From Candidatus Portnoybacteria bacterium (GTDB lineage: Bacteria; Patescibacteriota; Minisyncoccia; Portnoybacterales; GWB1-42-6): a DNA stretch of 33,424 nucleotides. The translations under genes and the position numbers were made by a program. Where the stretch lies: NCBI GenBank assembly GCA_028717445.1, contig JAQUNU010000001.1, positions 1 through 33,424 on the forward strand, written 5' to 3'. Positions 1 through 8,628 of the stretch are shown here, one piece after another; position 1 is the first letter of the stretch; each line of letters starts with the position of its first letter. Below the pieces are notes generated by a model. That model saw only the letters and a list, made by a program, of their open reading frames with translations, was not told the DNA's origin and did not search any database.

Positions 1-612
1 CCCAAACGCCTGGCCGCCTGGAAAAAATTTCAAGACATGATTTCGGAACTTCGGGAAATTTCAAAAATCCTGCCGCTTTCCCAGGTCATGAATCAAATTA
101 TCAAAAAAATCGGCATGGAAGCGTATCTGCGCGACGGTTCCGAACAAGGAGAGATAAGATGGGAAAACATCAAAGAACTTTTTACGGTCATTAAAAAATA
201 CGATCCTCTGCCGCCCGAAGAAGCCGCCAGCGCTTTCCTCGAGGAAGTCGCCCTGCTTTCAAACCAAGATGATGTTGAAACAGAAAAAGATCTGGCCAAT
301 TTAATGACCGTCCACTGCGCCAAAGGCCTGGAATTTCCCGTGGTTTTCATGGTCGGCTGCGAAGAGGGTCTTTTTCCGCATTCGCGGGCCATGCTGAACG
401 CTTGGGAAATGGAAGAGGAACGCCGGCTTTGCTATGTCGGCATGACGCGCGCCAAAATCAGACTGTATCTTTCCTGGGCCAACCAAAGGAATCTTTACGG
501 CAGCATCCAGATCAATCCGCCATCGCGGTTTCTGTTCGACATCCCGCAAAATCTGACAAAAATGCAGGGGCAAACGGAAAGTTTAAAATACTATGATTTT
601 AACGATTTATAA
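1..612 (+). CDS. UvrD/PcrA-family DNA helicase, C-terminal fragment (5' end lies outside the window)
   Basis: Frame 1 is open from base 1 into the tracked ORF 37..612. The C-terminal helicase motifs are recognisable: TVHCAKGLEFPVVFMVG and RRLCYVGMTRAK. The stop lies 2 nt before the rsmA start. Confidence 0.85.
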   Translation, partial: PKRLAAWKKFQDMISELREISKILPLSQVMNQIIKKIGMEAYLRDGSEQGEIRWENIKELFTVIKKYDPLPPEEAASAFLEEVALLSNQDDVETEKDLANLMTVHCAKGLEFPVVFMVGCEEGLFPHSRAMLNAWEMEEERRLCYVGMTRAKIRLYLSWANQRNLYGSIQINPPSRFLFDIPQNLTKMQGQTESLKYYDFNDL

Positions 613-614
613 AC

Positions 615-1439
615 ATGGACTTATTTTCGCCTTCGAAAATCAAAGAATTATTGGCTGAATACGGCGCCGCACCCTTAAAAAGCTTGGGCCAAAATTTTTT
701 GATTAATGCCCAGGTGCTTGAAAAAATCATTCAAGCCGCGGAGCTAAAAACAGGGGACATTGTTTTAGAAATCGGGCCCGGACTGGGAGCGCTGACGCGC
801 GAATTGGCCAAAAAAACCAAAAAGGTTTTTGCGATCGAAAAAGATAGAAAATACGCTGAAATTTTAAAAAATATTTTTGCGGACTTTAAAAATGTTGAAA
901 TAATTCATGGGGACGCGCTTGATATCGACGCTTCGAGCTTGATCGAGCCGAATCAAAGATATAAGATCGTCGCCAATCTTCCTTACAACATCACATCTCC
1001 TATTATCAGGAAATTTTTGGAAACGCAGAATCAACCCGAATTAATGGTTCTAATGATCCAAAAAGAGGTGGCCAGACGAATTTGCGCCAAACCGCCGGAA
1101 ATGTCGCTTTTGGCTGTCTCGGTCCAATTTCATGGCGAACCAAAGATAATCGAATATGTTTCAAAAGGAAATTTCTGGCCCCAGCCGAAAGTTGATTCGG
1201 CAATTTTAAAAATCTTGCCGCATTCAAAATTCAGCAAAATTGATAGGCCGAAATTTTTTGCGATTGTCCGCGCCGGTTTTTCAGCGCCAAGAAAACAGCT
1301 TGCCCCGAATTTGGCCTCCAAATTAAAAATCAGCCGCCAGATCGTCGAGGAAACGCTTAAAAAGCAAAAAATCGATCCCAAACAAAGAGCAGAAACCCTA
1401 AACATCGATGACTGGACCAATATAAATCTTTCTTTCTGA
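615..1439 (+). CDS. rsmA: 16S rRNA (adenine1518/1519-N6)-dimethyltransferase RsmA/KsgA
   Basis: 274 aa carrying LGQNFLIN, the SAM-binding EIGPGLGALT and the catalytic NLPYNITSPI motif typical of the KsgA/Dim1 family. Confidence 0.92.
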   Translation: MDLFSPSKIKELLAEYGAAPLKSLGQNFLINAQVLEKIIQAAELKTGDIVLEIGPGLGALTRELAKKTKKVFAIEKDRKYAEILKNIFADFKNVEIIHGDALDIDASSLIEPNQRYKIVANLPYNITSPIIRKFLETQNQPELMVLMIQKEVARRICAKPPEMSLLAVSVQFHGEPKIIEYVSKGNFWPQPKVDSAILKILPHSKFSKIDRPKFFAIVRAGFSAPRKQLAPNLASKLKISRQIVEETLKKQKIDPKQRAETLNIDDWTNINLSF

Positions 1440-1461
1440 TATCGAAATCTAATATTTTTTG

Positions 1462-1503
1462 TGTGGATAACTGATGGAAAATCGGTTATTTTTTTGTGGA
1501 TAA
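1462..1503 (-). promoter_or_regulatory. Two perfect DnaA boxes (TTATCCACA, read on the minus strand) overlapping a TATAAT -10 region upstream of the 1555 operon
   Basis: tgtggataa occurs at 1462-1470 and 1495-1503, each preceded by a T-run (tttttgtgtggataa / tttttttgtggataa). TATAAT lies at 1512-1517, 8 nt after the second box, and the first gene starts at 1555. Confidence 0.55.
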
Positions 1504-1554
1504 ATTTAAGGTATAATTAAACTAAGAAAACACTAAATTTTTTGCCTAAATTTA

Positions 1555-2532
1555 ATGAGCCGTAAAAGAGTTAATTTTGCCCGAAATCAAGCCGGGAAAT
1601 TAGGGGTTTTTGTGGCGGTTTTGATATTGTTCGCCGGTCTGTTTTTGGGCGGCTATTTGGTCTTAAAAACAAAAGTCGGCTCCGCTGATGTCGCCTCGCA
1701 GCTGGAATCCGCTCTTGAAAAAACCGGCCTGAAGCAAGATCCCAACGCGGACGATGACGGCGACGGGCTCAAAAATTGGGAAGAAGAAAATTACCGCACA
1801 GATAAAAATAAAGACGACACCGACGGCGACGGCTACCTTGACGGCGAGGAAGTCCTGGCTGGATATGATCCGGCTAAAAAAGCGCCGGGCGATGAACTAG
1901 CCGGCGGCAATGCCAAGACCCCGCGGCCCCTGCCGCAAAACCTGACCAAAGCGCTCACAAATCAGCTGGCGCAGGGAATTTTGGAAGGCAAAATCAAAAC
2001 AATCGATCCGGAAACCGGCCAAACGCTTAAACCGGAAGAGTTTGAAAAAGAAGCCGGGATCGACGAAGCGATTGCCCAAGCGCTCGGCCAGCAATCCGAT
2101 GAATTTGCCATGCCCAAAATAGCCAACTCAGAATTGAGAATTTCAGCTGCCTCAAAAAGGATCGACTTGGCCGCCTATTTTTCAGAAATGTCTAAGATCC
2201 TAAACAAGATAGAAAAAACCGAAAAACCGGAGCTGGAGATCTTTGCCGAGGCCATTGAAAAAACCGATTTTGCCGAATTGGAAAAATATCAGCAAAGCTA
2301 TGTTGAGGCATACCAGGGAATGAAAAATATGACCGTGCCGGCGAACGCGACCGAAATCCACAAAAACATGATGGGATTTCTTTGGATAGTAAATAATATC
2401 TACTCGGCCGTCAAAACCTACGAAGATGACCCATTAAAAACCGCTGTCGCGCTGATCCATTATCAGAATTTAGGCGGCGAAATGAAAAATATTATTGTCA
2501 GAGGCACGGAATTAATAAAAAAGACAAATTGA
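1555..2532 (+). CDS. Membrane-anchored hypothetical protein with thrombospondin-type-3-like Ca-binding repeats
   Basis: 325 aa with an N-terminal TM helix (LGVFVAVLILFAGLFLGGYLVL). It carries tandem DxDxDG motifs (DDDGDGLKNWEE, DTDGDGYLDGEE). It is the first gene of the co-directional cluster, and its stop overlaps the next start (TGATG). Confidence 0.7.
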   Translation: MSRKRVNFARNQAGKLGVFVAVLILFAGLFLGGYLVLKTKVGSADVASQLESALEKTGLKQDPNADDDGDGLKNWEEENYRTDKNKDDTDGDGYLDGEEVLAGYDPAKKAPGDELAGGNAKTPRPLPQNLTKALTNQLAQGILEGKIKTIDPETGQTLKPEEFEKEAGIDEAIAQALGQQSDEFAMPKIANSELRISAASKRIDLAAYFSEMSKILNKIEKTEKPELEIFAEAIEKTDFAELEKYQQSYVEAYQGMKNMTVPANATEIHKNMMGFLWIVNNIYSAVKTYEDDPLKTAVALIHYQNLGGEMKNIIVRGTELIKKTN

Positions 2533-4112
2533 TGAAAAAGTTTGAGCTAAAAATATTTTTTAAAAAAGCTATCAGCGGCTGGCTGATCCTGACCACGCTC
2601 ATTCTTTGTTTTGCCGGAATGGCTTTGCCTGAAAAAAAAGCGGAAGCGGCCCTGGCCACCGAAGCGACGCAAGCCGCCCAAATGCTTCAGGATGGAGTTT
2701 TTTATTTTTCTGACGTTGCCTCAACCGTGGAAGACGAAGTTGTTCAAGGCGGCCAGCTTTCATTTCAGGGAATCATGTCCGCCATTGATGGCTGGTTTAA
2801 ATGGGACACTTTGATGGAAAGAGCCCTAAGATTGGCCTGGTATAAAATGAAGAGGCAAATTCTGCGGGACCTGGCCAATGCCATTCTCAACTGGGCCAAG
2901 GGGGAAGACGGAACTCCTGCTTTTGTCACGGATTGGAAGGGTTATTTATCGAATTTAGGCAAAAATGCCGTCACAAAACTGATCAATGACCAAATCAACA
3001 GCATTGCGATGTGCTTCAACTTTAGTCTCTCCCTAAAAGCCTGGATAAACTGGCAGGATATAAATCTAAATGACCAGCTGGCCTGCCCCATGACGCCGTT
3101 TGTTCTGCAGAACTTTTTATCCGATTTTCAGAGAGGCGGCTGGGACTCCTGGAAGAGCTTCATCAGCCCTTCGGGAAATATGTACGGCTCTTTTATGATC
3201 GTTTCGGACGAAATCCTCAAAGAAGAAGAAAGAGAACGCCAAGCGCAAACGTCCAAACTCATTGCCAATCAGGGATACAAAGGAAATGCGACCACGCCAG
3301 GCATTTTGCAAGCGCACGCGGTTAATGAGGCCGCAATGATGGAATGGACATATCTTATGAATTCCCAAGAGTTTGAAGAATTCGTTTTTGCTTTGGCTGA
3401 TGCCTTTATAATTCGCATTATCAGAGGCGGCGTTAGCGCCCTGCAAACAAACGACTATGACTATTCATCCGGACAGCCCGTAAGCGTCACTCCCCAAACA
3501 AACACCTATATCAACGCTTCCAGCGAAAAAGAAACGATCGATGAAATGAAAAACCGGCTAGCCCTGCTCACGGAAGCTCTGCAAGGGCTCCTGAATGAGC
3601 AAAATCAAAATTTATCCCTCATGCAGTCAATTAAAACAATCCAAAATACTCTGGCTTCGCGCGACTGCGCGCTAGCCTCTCTTCCCATCGATAACGAGCT
3701 CAACGCTTTAACAAACCAAATCAACCAAACACAAACAAGAATCAGCCAGGCCCAGCAAGCGGCTCTCGACAATGACGCTTTAATCAACGCCATCGCTTCG
3801 ATAGAGTCAGCGCAAGATTCGGGGGATCAAGCCGCGCTCGAAAGCGCTTCGACTGTTTATCAAACAACCAGAGAAAAAGCAGTCCAATCTTTCAGCGCTC
3901 TTCTGGGCAGCACTCAACGAGATCTAAATACTACTTTCAGCGAAATGAATTCCTATCTTCTGGCTGTCAACCGCCAGGCCAACACTTATTCCTCCAATCG
4001 TGGCATGGCAAGCATAGGCACAGGCCTGGAGGGCCGCCGCGCCGCGGAAAACCAGCTGCTTCTGGCCTGTCCGGAACCAATCGCCACCACAACGCCGAGT
4101 ATTTTATTTTAG
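2532..4112 (+). CDS. Hypothetical secreted or membrane-anchored protein with a Q/N-rich coiled-coil C-terminal half (T4SS-like cluster)
   Basis: The tracked ORF is 2529..4112 (TTG at 2529, ATG at 2532). There is an N-terminal hydrophobic segment (GWLILTTLILCFAGMALP). The C-terminal region is rich in Q, N, L and A heptad-like sequence. I recognise no family. Confidence 0.65.
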   Translation: MKKFELKIFFKKAISGWLILTTLILCFAGMALPEKKAEAALATEATQAAQMLQDGVFYFSDVASTVEDEVVQGGQLSFQGIMSAIDGWFKWDTLMERALRLAWYKMKRQILRDLANAILNWAKGEDGTPAFVTDWKGYLSNLGKNAVTKLINDQINSIAMCFNFSLSLKAWINWQDINLNDQLACPMTPFVLQNFLSDFQRGGWDSWKSFISPSGNMYGSFMIVSDEILKEEERERQAQTSKLIANQGYKGNATTPGILQAHAVNEAAMMEWTYLMNSQEFEEFVFALADAFIIRIIRGGVSALQTNDYDYSSGQPVSVTPQTNTYINASSEKETIDEMKNRLALLTEALQGLLNEQNQNLSLMQSIKTIQNTLASRDCALASLPIDNELNALTNQINQTQTRISQAQQAALDNDALINAIASIESAQDSGDQAALESASTVYQTTREKAVQSFSALLGSTQRDLNTTFSEMNSYLLAVNRQANTYSSNRGMASIGTGLEGRRAAENQLLLACPEPIATTTPSILF

Positions 4113-4133
4113 CTTCTTGCGCGCAAAAAATTA

Positions 4134-6425
4134 ATGCATAAATTGACACAAAAAAAGATATTGGGAATCGCCTGCATAGCCGCTTTTGCGTTTATGATTT
4201 TTTTGATGCCCGCAGCCGCACAGGCTCAATCTTTTGTTGGAGAATGGATATACGGCAATGTCTTAAAAGCAATCAGCTCTCTGCTTTATTACACTTTTTA
4301 TATTTTTGGCTGGCTGCTCTGGCTGGCCGCTGGTTTGCTTGATTTTGTTCTGACCAATCCGACTTTGCAAAAATTTACCAGCGCTCCCTTTGTCCAAGAC
4401 GGCTGGAAAATCACGCGCGATTTGGCTAATATGTTCTTTTCGTTGATTTTAATCGCCATCGCTTTTGCCACAATCCTGAAAATCGACACCTATGGCGTTA
4501 AAAACAATCTGAAAAACATAATTCTTATCGCTCTTTTAATAAACTTCAGCCTGGTTATCGCCGGGGTAATTATTGATTTTGCCCAAGTTTTGACAAATTA
4601 TTTTGTGACCGCCGCCAAAGGCGACAACGCCAGCATAACCGCGATGCTGGCCAACGGCCTGAATATAACCTCGGGATTTGATCCTTCAAAAGCGCCCCGA
4701 GATCTTGAGTTGAAAGATACGTTCCAAGGATTCCTGACTATAGGCCTTGGCCTTTTTGGCCAGACGATATTTGTCTTGGTGGCGGCTTTCACGATGTTTG
4801 CCGCGGTAATTTTTTTGATTGTCCGGTTTGTAGCCATCTGGTTCTTGCTTATGTTATCGCCCATTGTCTGGCTTTTTTATATTCTCCCCAATACCCGCAA
4901 ATATTGGAACCAGTGGTGGGAGGCATTTATGAAATGGGTTTTTTTCGCGCCGGCTTATACTTTTTTTCTTTATTTAAGCTTAATGGCCGTGAGCAAAGGG
5001 GCGCTTGTTTCGCAGGTTGGATTTGTCATGGATCAATCAGGCCAAACATTCATCGGCAAAAGTTTTGAAGTTATTATCAGCTATATAATTTTGATTGGAT
5101 TTTTGATCGCCTCGCTCATCGTGGCCCAAAAAGCCGGCGTGGCCGGAAGCCACGGCGTTATAGCCGTAGGCCGAGGGATGTCAAGAGCGGTCGGAGGCGC
5201 AGTAAGCAACTGGGCGGCCAGGGGAGCGGAAAAAGATATAACCGGAAAAGGATTTATTAGAGGCGCTGGAGCGGGGCTTCGTCGCGGCATTTCTTATTTA
5301 TCACCCGAAGCCTGGAAAACGGCTTGGCGACAACGGCAAGAACAGACCAAAAGAGAGAGCATCCCAATTGCCGCCGGCCGGCGGCAGGATTTGCTCAACC
5401 GAGTGCTTTCGTTAAGCTGGTTTAAGGGCCAGCCCGGCGAAAAAACCGACTACCGCGAAAGAGCGGCCAGATCCAGGCGCGCCGAAGAACGCAAAAATAT
5501 TTACACCAATAACGCCGAGGAATTAATCAGGGGGTTTTTGGACGCAAAAAAATCCGGCAACGCCAACAAAATGAACGCTTATGTCCAGGCCTTATCCGAG
5601 CAGAATGATCAAAACGAATTGTTCAAGGCTCTGAACAAAACCGAAGGCAAAAATTATGCCATGACTGCCCGCGGCGTTACTGACTTTGTCGAGGAGCAAT
5701 TAAAACCGGCCATGGGCGAACAGCAGGCTTATCGCTTCGGCCATGACATGATCAGGATGATGGAAAGCAATGGCCAGTGGATCGGCCGGCCTTTCGCGGC
5801 CAATGCCTCAGGCAAATACGAGCTTTCAGGCGTAGAGGGAGTTGCCGGCAAAAAAGCCGCCTGGGGCGACCTGAACGAGGAGCAAAAGAAAGCGGTCATG
5901 GAGTTGGCGGCCCAAAACGCCCACGTGGAATGGACCAAACAGGATCCGCAAAAACAGTCTATTAACACAGGGCGGTTTAGCTACATCGACGAAGAATATG
6001 AATTAGGGGCAAATGGGGAAATTGATACAATCGACGGTGGCCTTACCACGGCTGGCCTTCAGAAACTCTCAATGATTCAACCCAGCCAGGCAAATCGATT
6101 AAACACTCACAGCAAAGCCATGTTGATGACCTTCCATGCCGATGAATTCAAGAAGACCAACGCCGGCGTTTTTAACAAAATTATGGAAGACATGACCGCA
6201 GCCGTTAGAGGCATGGACAAACCGGGGATTGAAAACTTCGTCGCCAATTTTACCCAGCCCATTGCGCATATAACCAGCGTCATTCGGGACAAAAACGGCA
6301 AGGAGGTCCGCCGGGTCAGCGCCGATGAAGCAAGGGCTAATTTCGTAAAAATGATCGAAGACGCCCAGGCTGAAAAAGGAGACAACGCCAAGCCAAAAGG
6401 AGGGCCCGCTGGATTTAATCCCTAA
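4134..6425 (+). CDS. Polytopic membrane protein, VirB6/TrbL-like, with a long hydrophilic C-terminal domain
   Basis: 763 aa with a signal-like N-terminus (AAFAFMIFLMPAAAQAQS). At least 6 hydrophobic helices fill the first ~360 aa, followed by a ~400-aa charged soluble tail. The position and topology match VirB6/TrbL components of Gram-positive T4SS loci. Confidence 0.6.
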   Translation: MHKLTQKKILGIACIAAFAFMIFLMPAAAQAQSFVGEWIYGNVLKAISSLLYYTFYIFGWLLWLAAGLLDFVLTNPTLQKFTSAPFVQDGWKITRDLANMFFSLILIAIAFATILKIDTYGVKNNLKNIILIALLINFSLVIAGVIIDFAQVLTNYFVTAAKGDNASITAMLANGLNITSGFDPSKAPRDLELKDTFQGFLTIGLGLFGQTIFVLVAAFTMFAAVIFLIVRFVAIWFLLMLSPIVWLFYILPNTRKYWNQWWEAFMKWVFFAPAYTFFLYLSLMAVSKGALVSQVGFVMDQSGQTFIGKSFEVIISYIILIGFLIASLIVAQKAGVAGSHGVIAVGRGMSRAVGGAVSNWAARGAEKDITGKGFIRGAGAGLRRGISYLSPEAWKTAWRQRQEQTKRESIPIAAGRRQDLLNRVLSLSWFKGQPGEKTDYRERAARSRRAEERKNIYTNNAEELIRGFLDAKKSGNANKMNAYVQALSEQNDQNELFKALNKTEGKNYAMTARGVTDFVEEQLKPAMGEQQAYRFGHDMIRMMESNGQWIGRPFAANASGKYELSGVEGVAGKKAAWGDLNEEQKKAVMELAAQNAHVEWTKQDPQKQSINTGRFSYIDEEYELGANGEIDTIDGGLTTAGLQKLSMIQPSQANRLNTHSKAMLMTFHADEFKKTNAGVFNKIMEDMTAAVRGMDKPGIENFVANFTQPIAHITSVIRDKNGKEVRRVSADEARANFVKMIEDAQAEKGDNAKPKGGPAGFNP

Positions 6426-6445
6426 ACTTAAGAATAAACACCTAG

Positions 6446-7630
6446 ATGCCCTTAACCCGCGAACAACTTGATTTTTTCCAATACCAGGCCAATGCCAATA
6501 TTGATTCTCTTCTCCGGAAGGAATCGCTGTTTTTGGCCATGGAAATGGAACCGTTAATCTTAACCCAATCAGGGGGCAGCTACGACAATCTGTCTGAAGC
6601 AAAAAAATTGCTTTTCCAATTAAAATGGGTCGGCTGCGGCATAATCAGAGATGATAATGATTTTTATGACCTTGTTAAATATCATCTACTAGAAGGATTC
6701 GAGTTAAACAGACGCTTTGAATTTGACGCTTTCAGCGATCTTGTTTTTAGCAAATTAGCTAATCTTTTCGGATCAGGATTGCAGGAAATGACGCAAAATA
6801 TACTTTCCGCAACAAGAGAAAATAATCAAACCATCGGCGCGAATCCGATCATGGTCAAAAATGAAACCCGGGCCGTCCGGCCGACTGTCCGCCATTGGCT
6901 GATAGATTTTTTAAGAAGCTCTTCTGCGGAAAATCCAGGCGAAGTCCAGGAAACCGACTATCTTTTCAACAATCCGAATGCCAAAGCTCTTTCGGAAGAA
7001 GATAAAAAAACACTCGGCCAGGTTTTAGCTTTTTACGATACAATGCGTTTACTCTCAAAGGAGGTGGCTATGTCCGAAACTATGCCTCCAAGCGCCGCCG
7101 AAGAACGCCCGCTGATCGCTCCCTTGCGCCAGCAAACCGGAGATGAATTTCATTTTGAAGAACGGCCTCGGCCGTCCATGTCCGCTTTCTACGAAACCCA
7201 ACAACCATCGCCGCGCCCGATTCCGCCGCAACAATCTTTTTCCAACCCAGCCAGGACTTTTTCTCCGCCCCCGCCGCCAGCTCCTCGGCCGCAACCGGCC
7301 TGGCCGCCATCACCCGAAAAAAATTCCTACCAACCCAGGCCCGCCAGCCCGCCTCCTTCTTTGCCGATCCAGCCGCCATCAACGCCATCAAAGCCAATTC
7401 TTTCCAGAATCACTCCGCCTCAAACCCAACCAGTGACCGGACCTGCTTCTTTCAGGCCAGCTCCAATTCCGCCCCCAATTCCGGTCCGGCCAAATACCCC
7501 ACAACAAAAAAGCACCTACCGCGAGACGATCACCCCAGAAGATTTAGACGGTCCGCAGACGCCCCGAAAAACAGGGCCAAAACTAAATGGAAATGTAGTC
7601 AACCTTAAAGATTTTAACCGATCCAATTAA
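6446..7630 (+). CDS. Hypothetical protein with an extreme proline-rich C-terminal half
   Basis: 394 aa. Residues ~210-370 are P/S/Q-rich low complexity (PPPPPAPRPQPAWPPSPEKNSYQPRPASPPPSLPIQPPSTPSKP). No TM segment was seen. Confidence 0.6.
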   Translation: MPLTREQLDFFQYQANANIDSLLRKESLFLAMEMEPLILTQSGGSYDNLSEAKKLLFQLKWVGCGIIRDDNDFYDLVKYHLLEGFELNRRFEFDAFSDLVFSKLANLFGSGLQEMTQNILSATRENNQTIGANPIMVKNETRAVRPTVRHWLIDFLRSSSAENPGEVQETDYLFNNPNAKALSEEDKKTLGQVLAFYDTMRLLSKEVAMSETMPPSAAEERPLIAPLRQQTGDEFHFEERPRPSMSAFYETQQPSPRPIPPQQSFSNPARTFSPPPPPAPRPQPAWPPSPEKNSYQPRPASPPPSLPIQPPSTPSKPILSRITPPQTQPVTGPASFRPAPIPPPIPVRPNTPQQKSTYRETITPEDLDGPQTPRKTGPKLNGNVVNLKDFNRSN

Positions 7631-7646
7631 CCCTTATTGAAGAATT

Positions 7647-7931
7647 ATGCAATTTCACGTTCCTCAATTCCTCGATATTGAAGACAAAATTATCGGCCCT
7701 TTAACCCTTAAACAATTCGCCTACCTAGCCGGCGGGGGAGTCTTGCTTTTTATTCTGTCTAATTATGTAAAATTATGGCTTTTTTTGATAATCGCCGCGC
7801 CTTTGGCCGCGTTTTGCATGGCTCTGGCCTTTATCCGGGTCAACGGCCGACCATTTATTTCAATCTTTGGCGCTTTTGTAAATTACATGGTCAAGCCGAA
7901 GCTTTTTGTCTGGAAAAGAAAAGAAAAATGA
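7647..7931 (+). CDS. PrgI-family small membrane protein (VirB3-like T4SS component)
   Basis: 94 aa. The N-terminus VPQFLDIEDKIIGPLTLKQFAYLAGGG followed by two TM helices is the signature of the PrgI family (Pfam PF12666, recalled from memory). It lies directly upstream of the VirB4-like genes, as in Gram-positive T4SS loci. Confidence 0.7.
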   Translation: MQFHVPQFLDIEDKIIGPLTLKQFAYLAGGGVLLFILSNYVKLWLFLIIAAPLAAFCMALAFIRVNGRPFISIFGAFVNYMVKPKLFVWKRKEK

Positions 7932-7944
7932 GCTGTAAAAACAT

Positions 7945-8625
7945 ATGCCCGAACCACAATCAAACATTTTAAACAAAATACCAATCGCCGACATTCAGAA
8001 TGGAATCGTCTTCTTAAAAGACGGTTCGCTTCGGGGAGTTTTAATGGTTTCTTCCGTAAACTTTGCCCTGAAATCAACCGACGAACAGGACGCGCTGACC
8101 TTTCGCTATCAGCAATTTTTGAATTCCCTCGATTTTCCCATCCAAATCCTGATCATGACGCGGCGGTTTGATATCTCCGACTACATCGCCTTGATTGACC
8201 AAAAGAAAAAAGAACAGGAGAACGAACTGCTGCGGATCCAAACCGGTGAATATATTGATTTCATCAAAGGATTGACTCAAGTCGTCAATATTATGAGCAC
8301 TTTTTTTTATATCATCATCCCTTACGCCCAAAGCGAACCGGCCAAAGCGGCCATGGGCTTTGCGGACAAAATAACCAGAAAGATTTTCAGCCAGGAAACG
8401 AGTCAAAATCAAGAAAAACAATCCCTAGAACAAATGCAGACCGGGCTCTGGCAGCGCGTAAATTATATAATCTCCGGCTTGACCATGTGCAATTTGAAAA
8501 GCGCCATTTTAGACGACTTGGAATTAAAAGAGCTTTTTTACAAGCTTTACAATCCGCAATCAGAGCAAAGAGCCGAAACAGAATCTCCGTCAAGCAATCC
8601 AGGATTTAATTTCACCCAAAAATAA
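7945..8625 (+). CDS. Hypothetical protein; resembles a VirB4/TrsE N-terminal domain without an ATPase domain
   Basis: 226 aa. IADIQNGIVFLKDGSLRGVLMVSSVNFALKSTDEQDALTFRYQQFLNSLDFPIQILI resembles the start of VirB4-type proteins. There is no Walker motif. The stop lies 3 nt before the VirB4-like ATPase start. Confidence 0.5.
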   Translation: MPEPQSNILNKIPIADIQNGIVFLKDGSLRGVLMVSSVNFALKSTDEQDALTFRYQQFLNSLDFPIQILIMTRRFDISDYIALIDQKKKEQENELLRIQTGEYIDFIKGLTQVVNIMSTFFYIIIPYAQSEPAKAAMGFADKITRKIFSQETSQNQEKQSLEQMQTGLWQRVNYIISGLTMCNLKSAILDDLELKELFYKLYNPQSEQRAETESPSSNPGFNFTQK

Positions 8626-8628
8626 ATT

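Noticed and set aside
6099-6602. 167-aa minus-strand ORF spanning the 4134 and 6446 gene junction, plus other antisense ORFs of 60 aa or more throughout (for example 21070..21594, 19456..19878, 28952..29398, 23291..23632).
   Set aside because: All of them lie fully within, and antisense to, genes with clear family signatures or strong coding character. None has motifs, plausible starts or an independent promoter or terminator.
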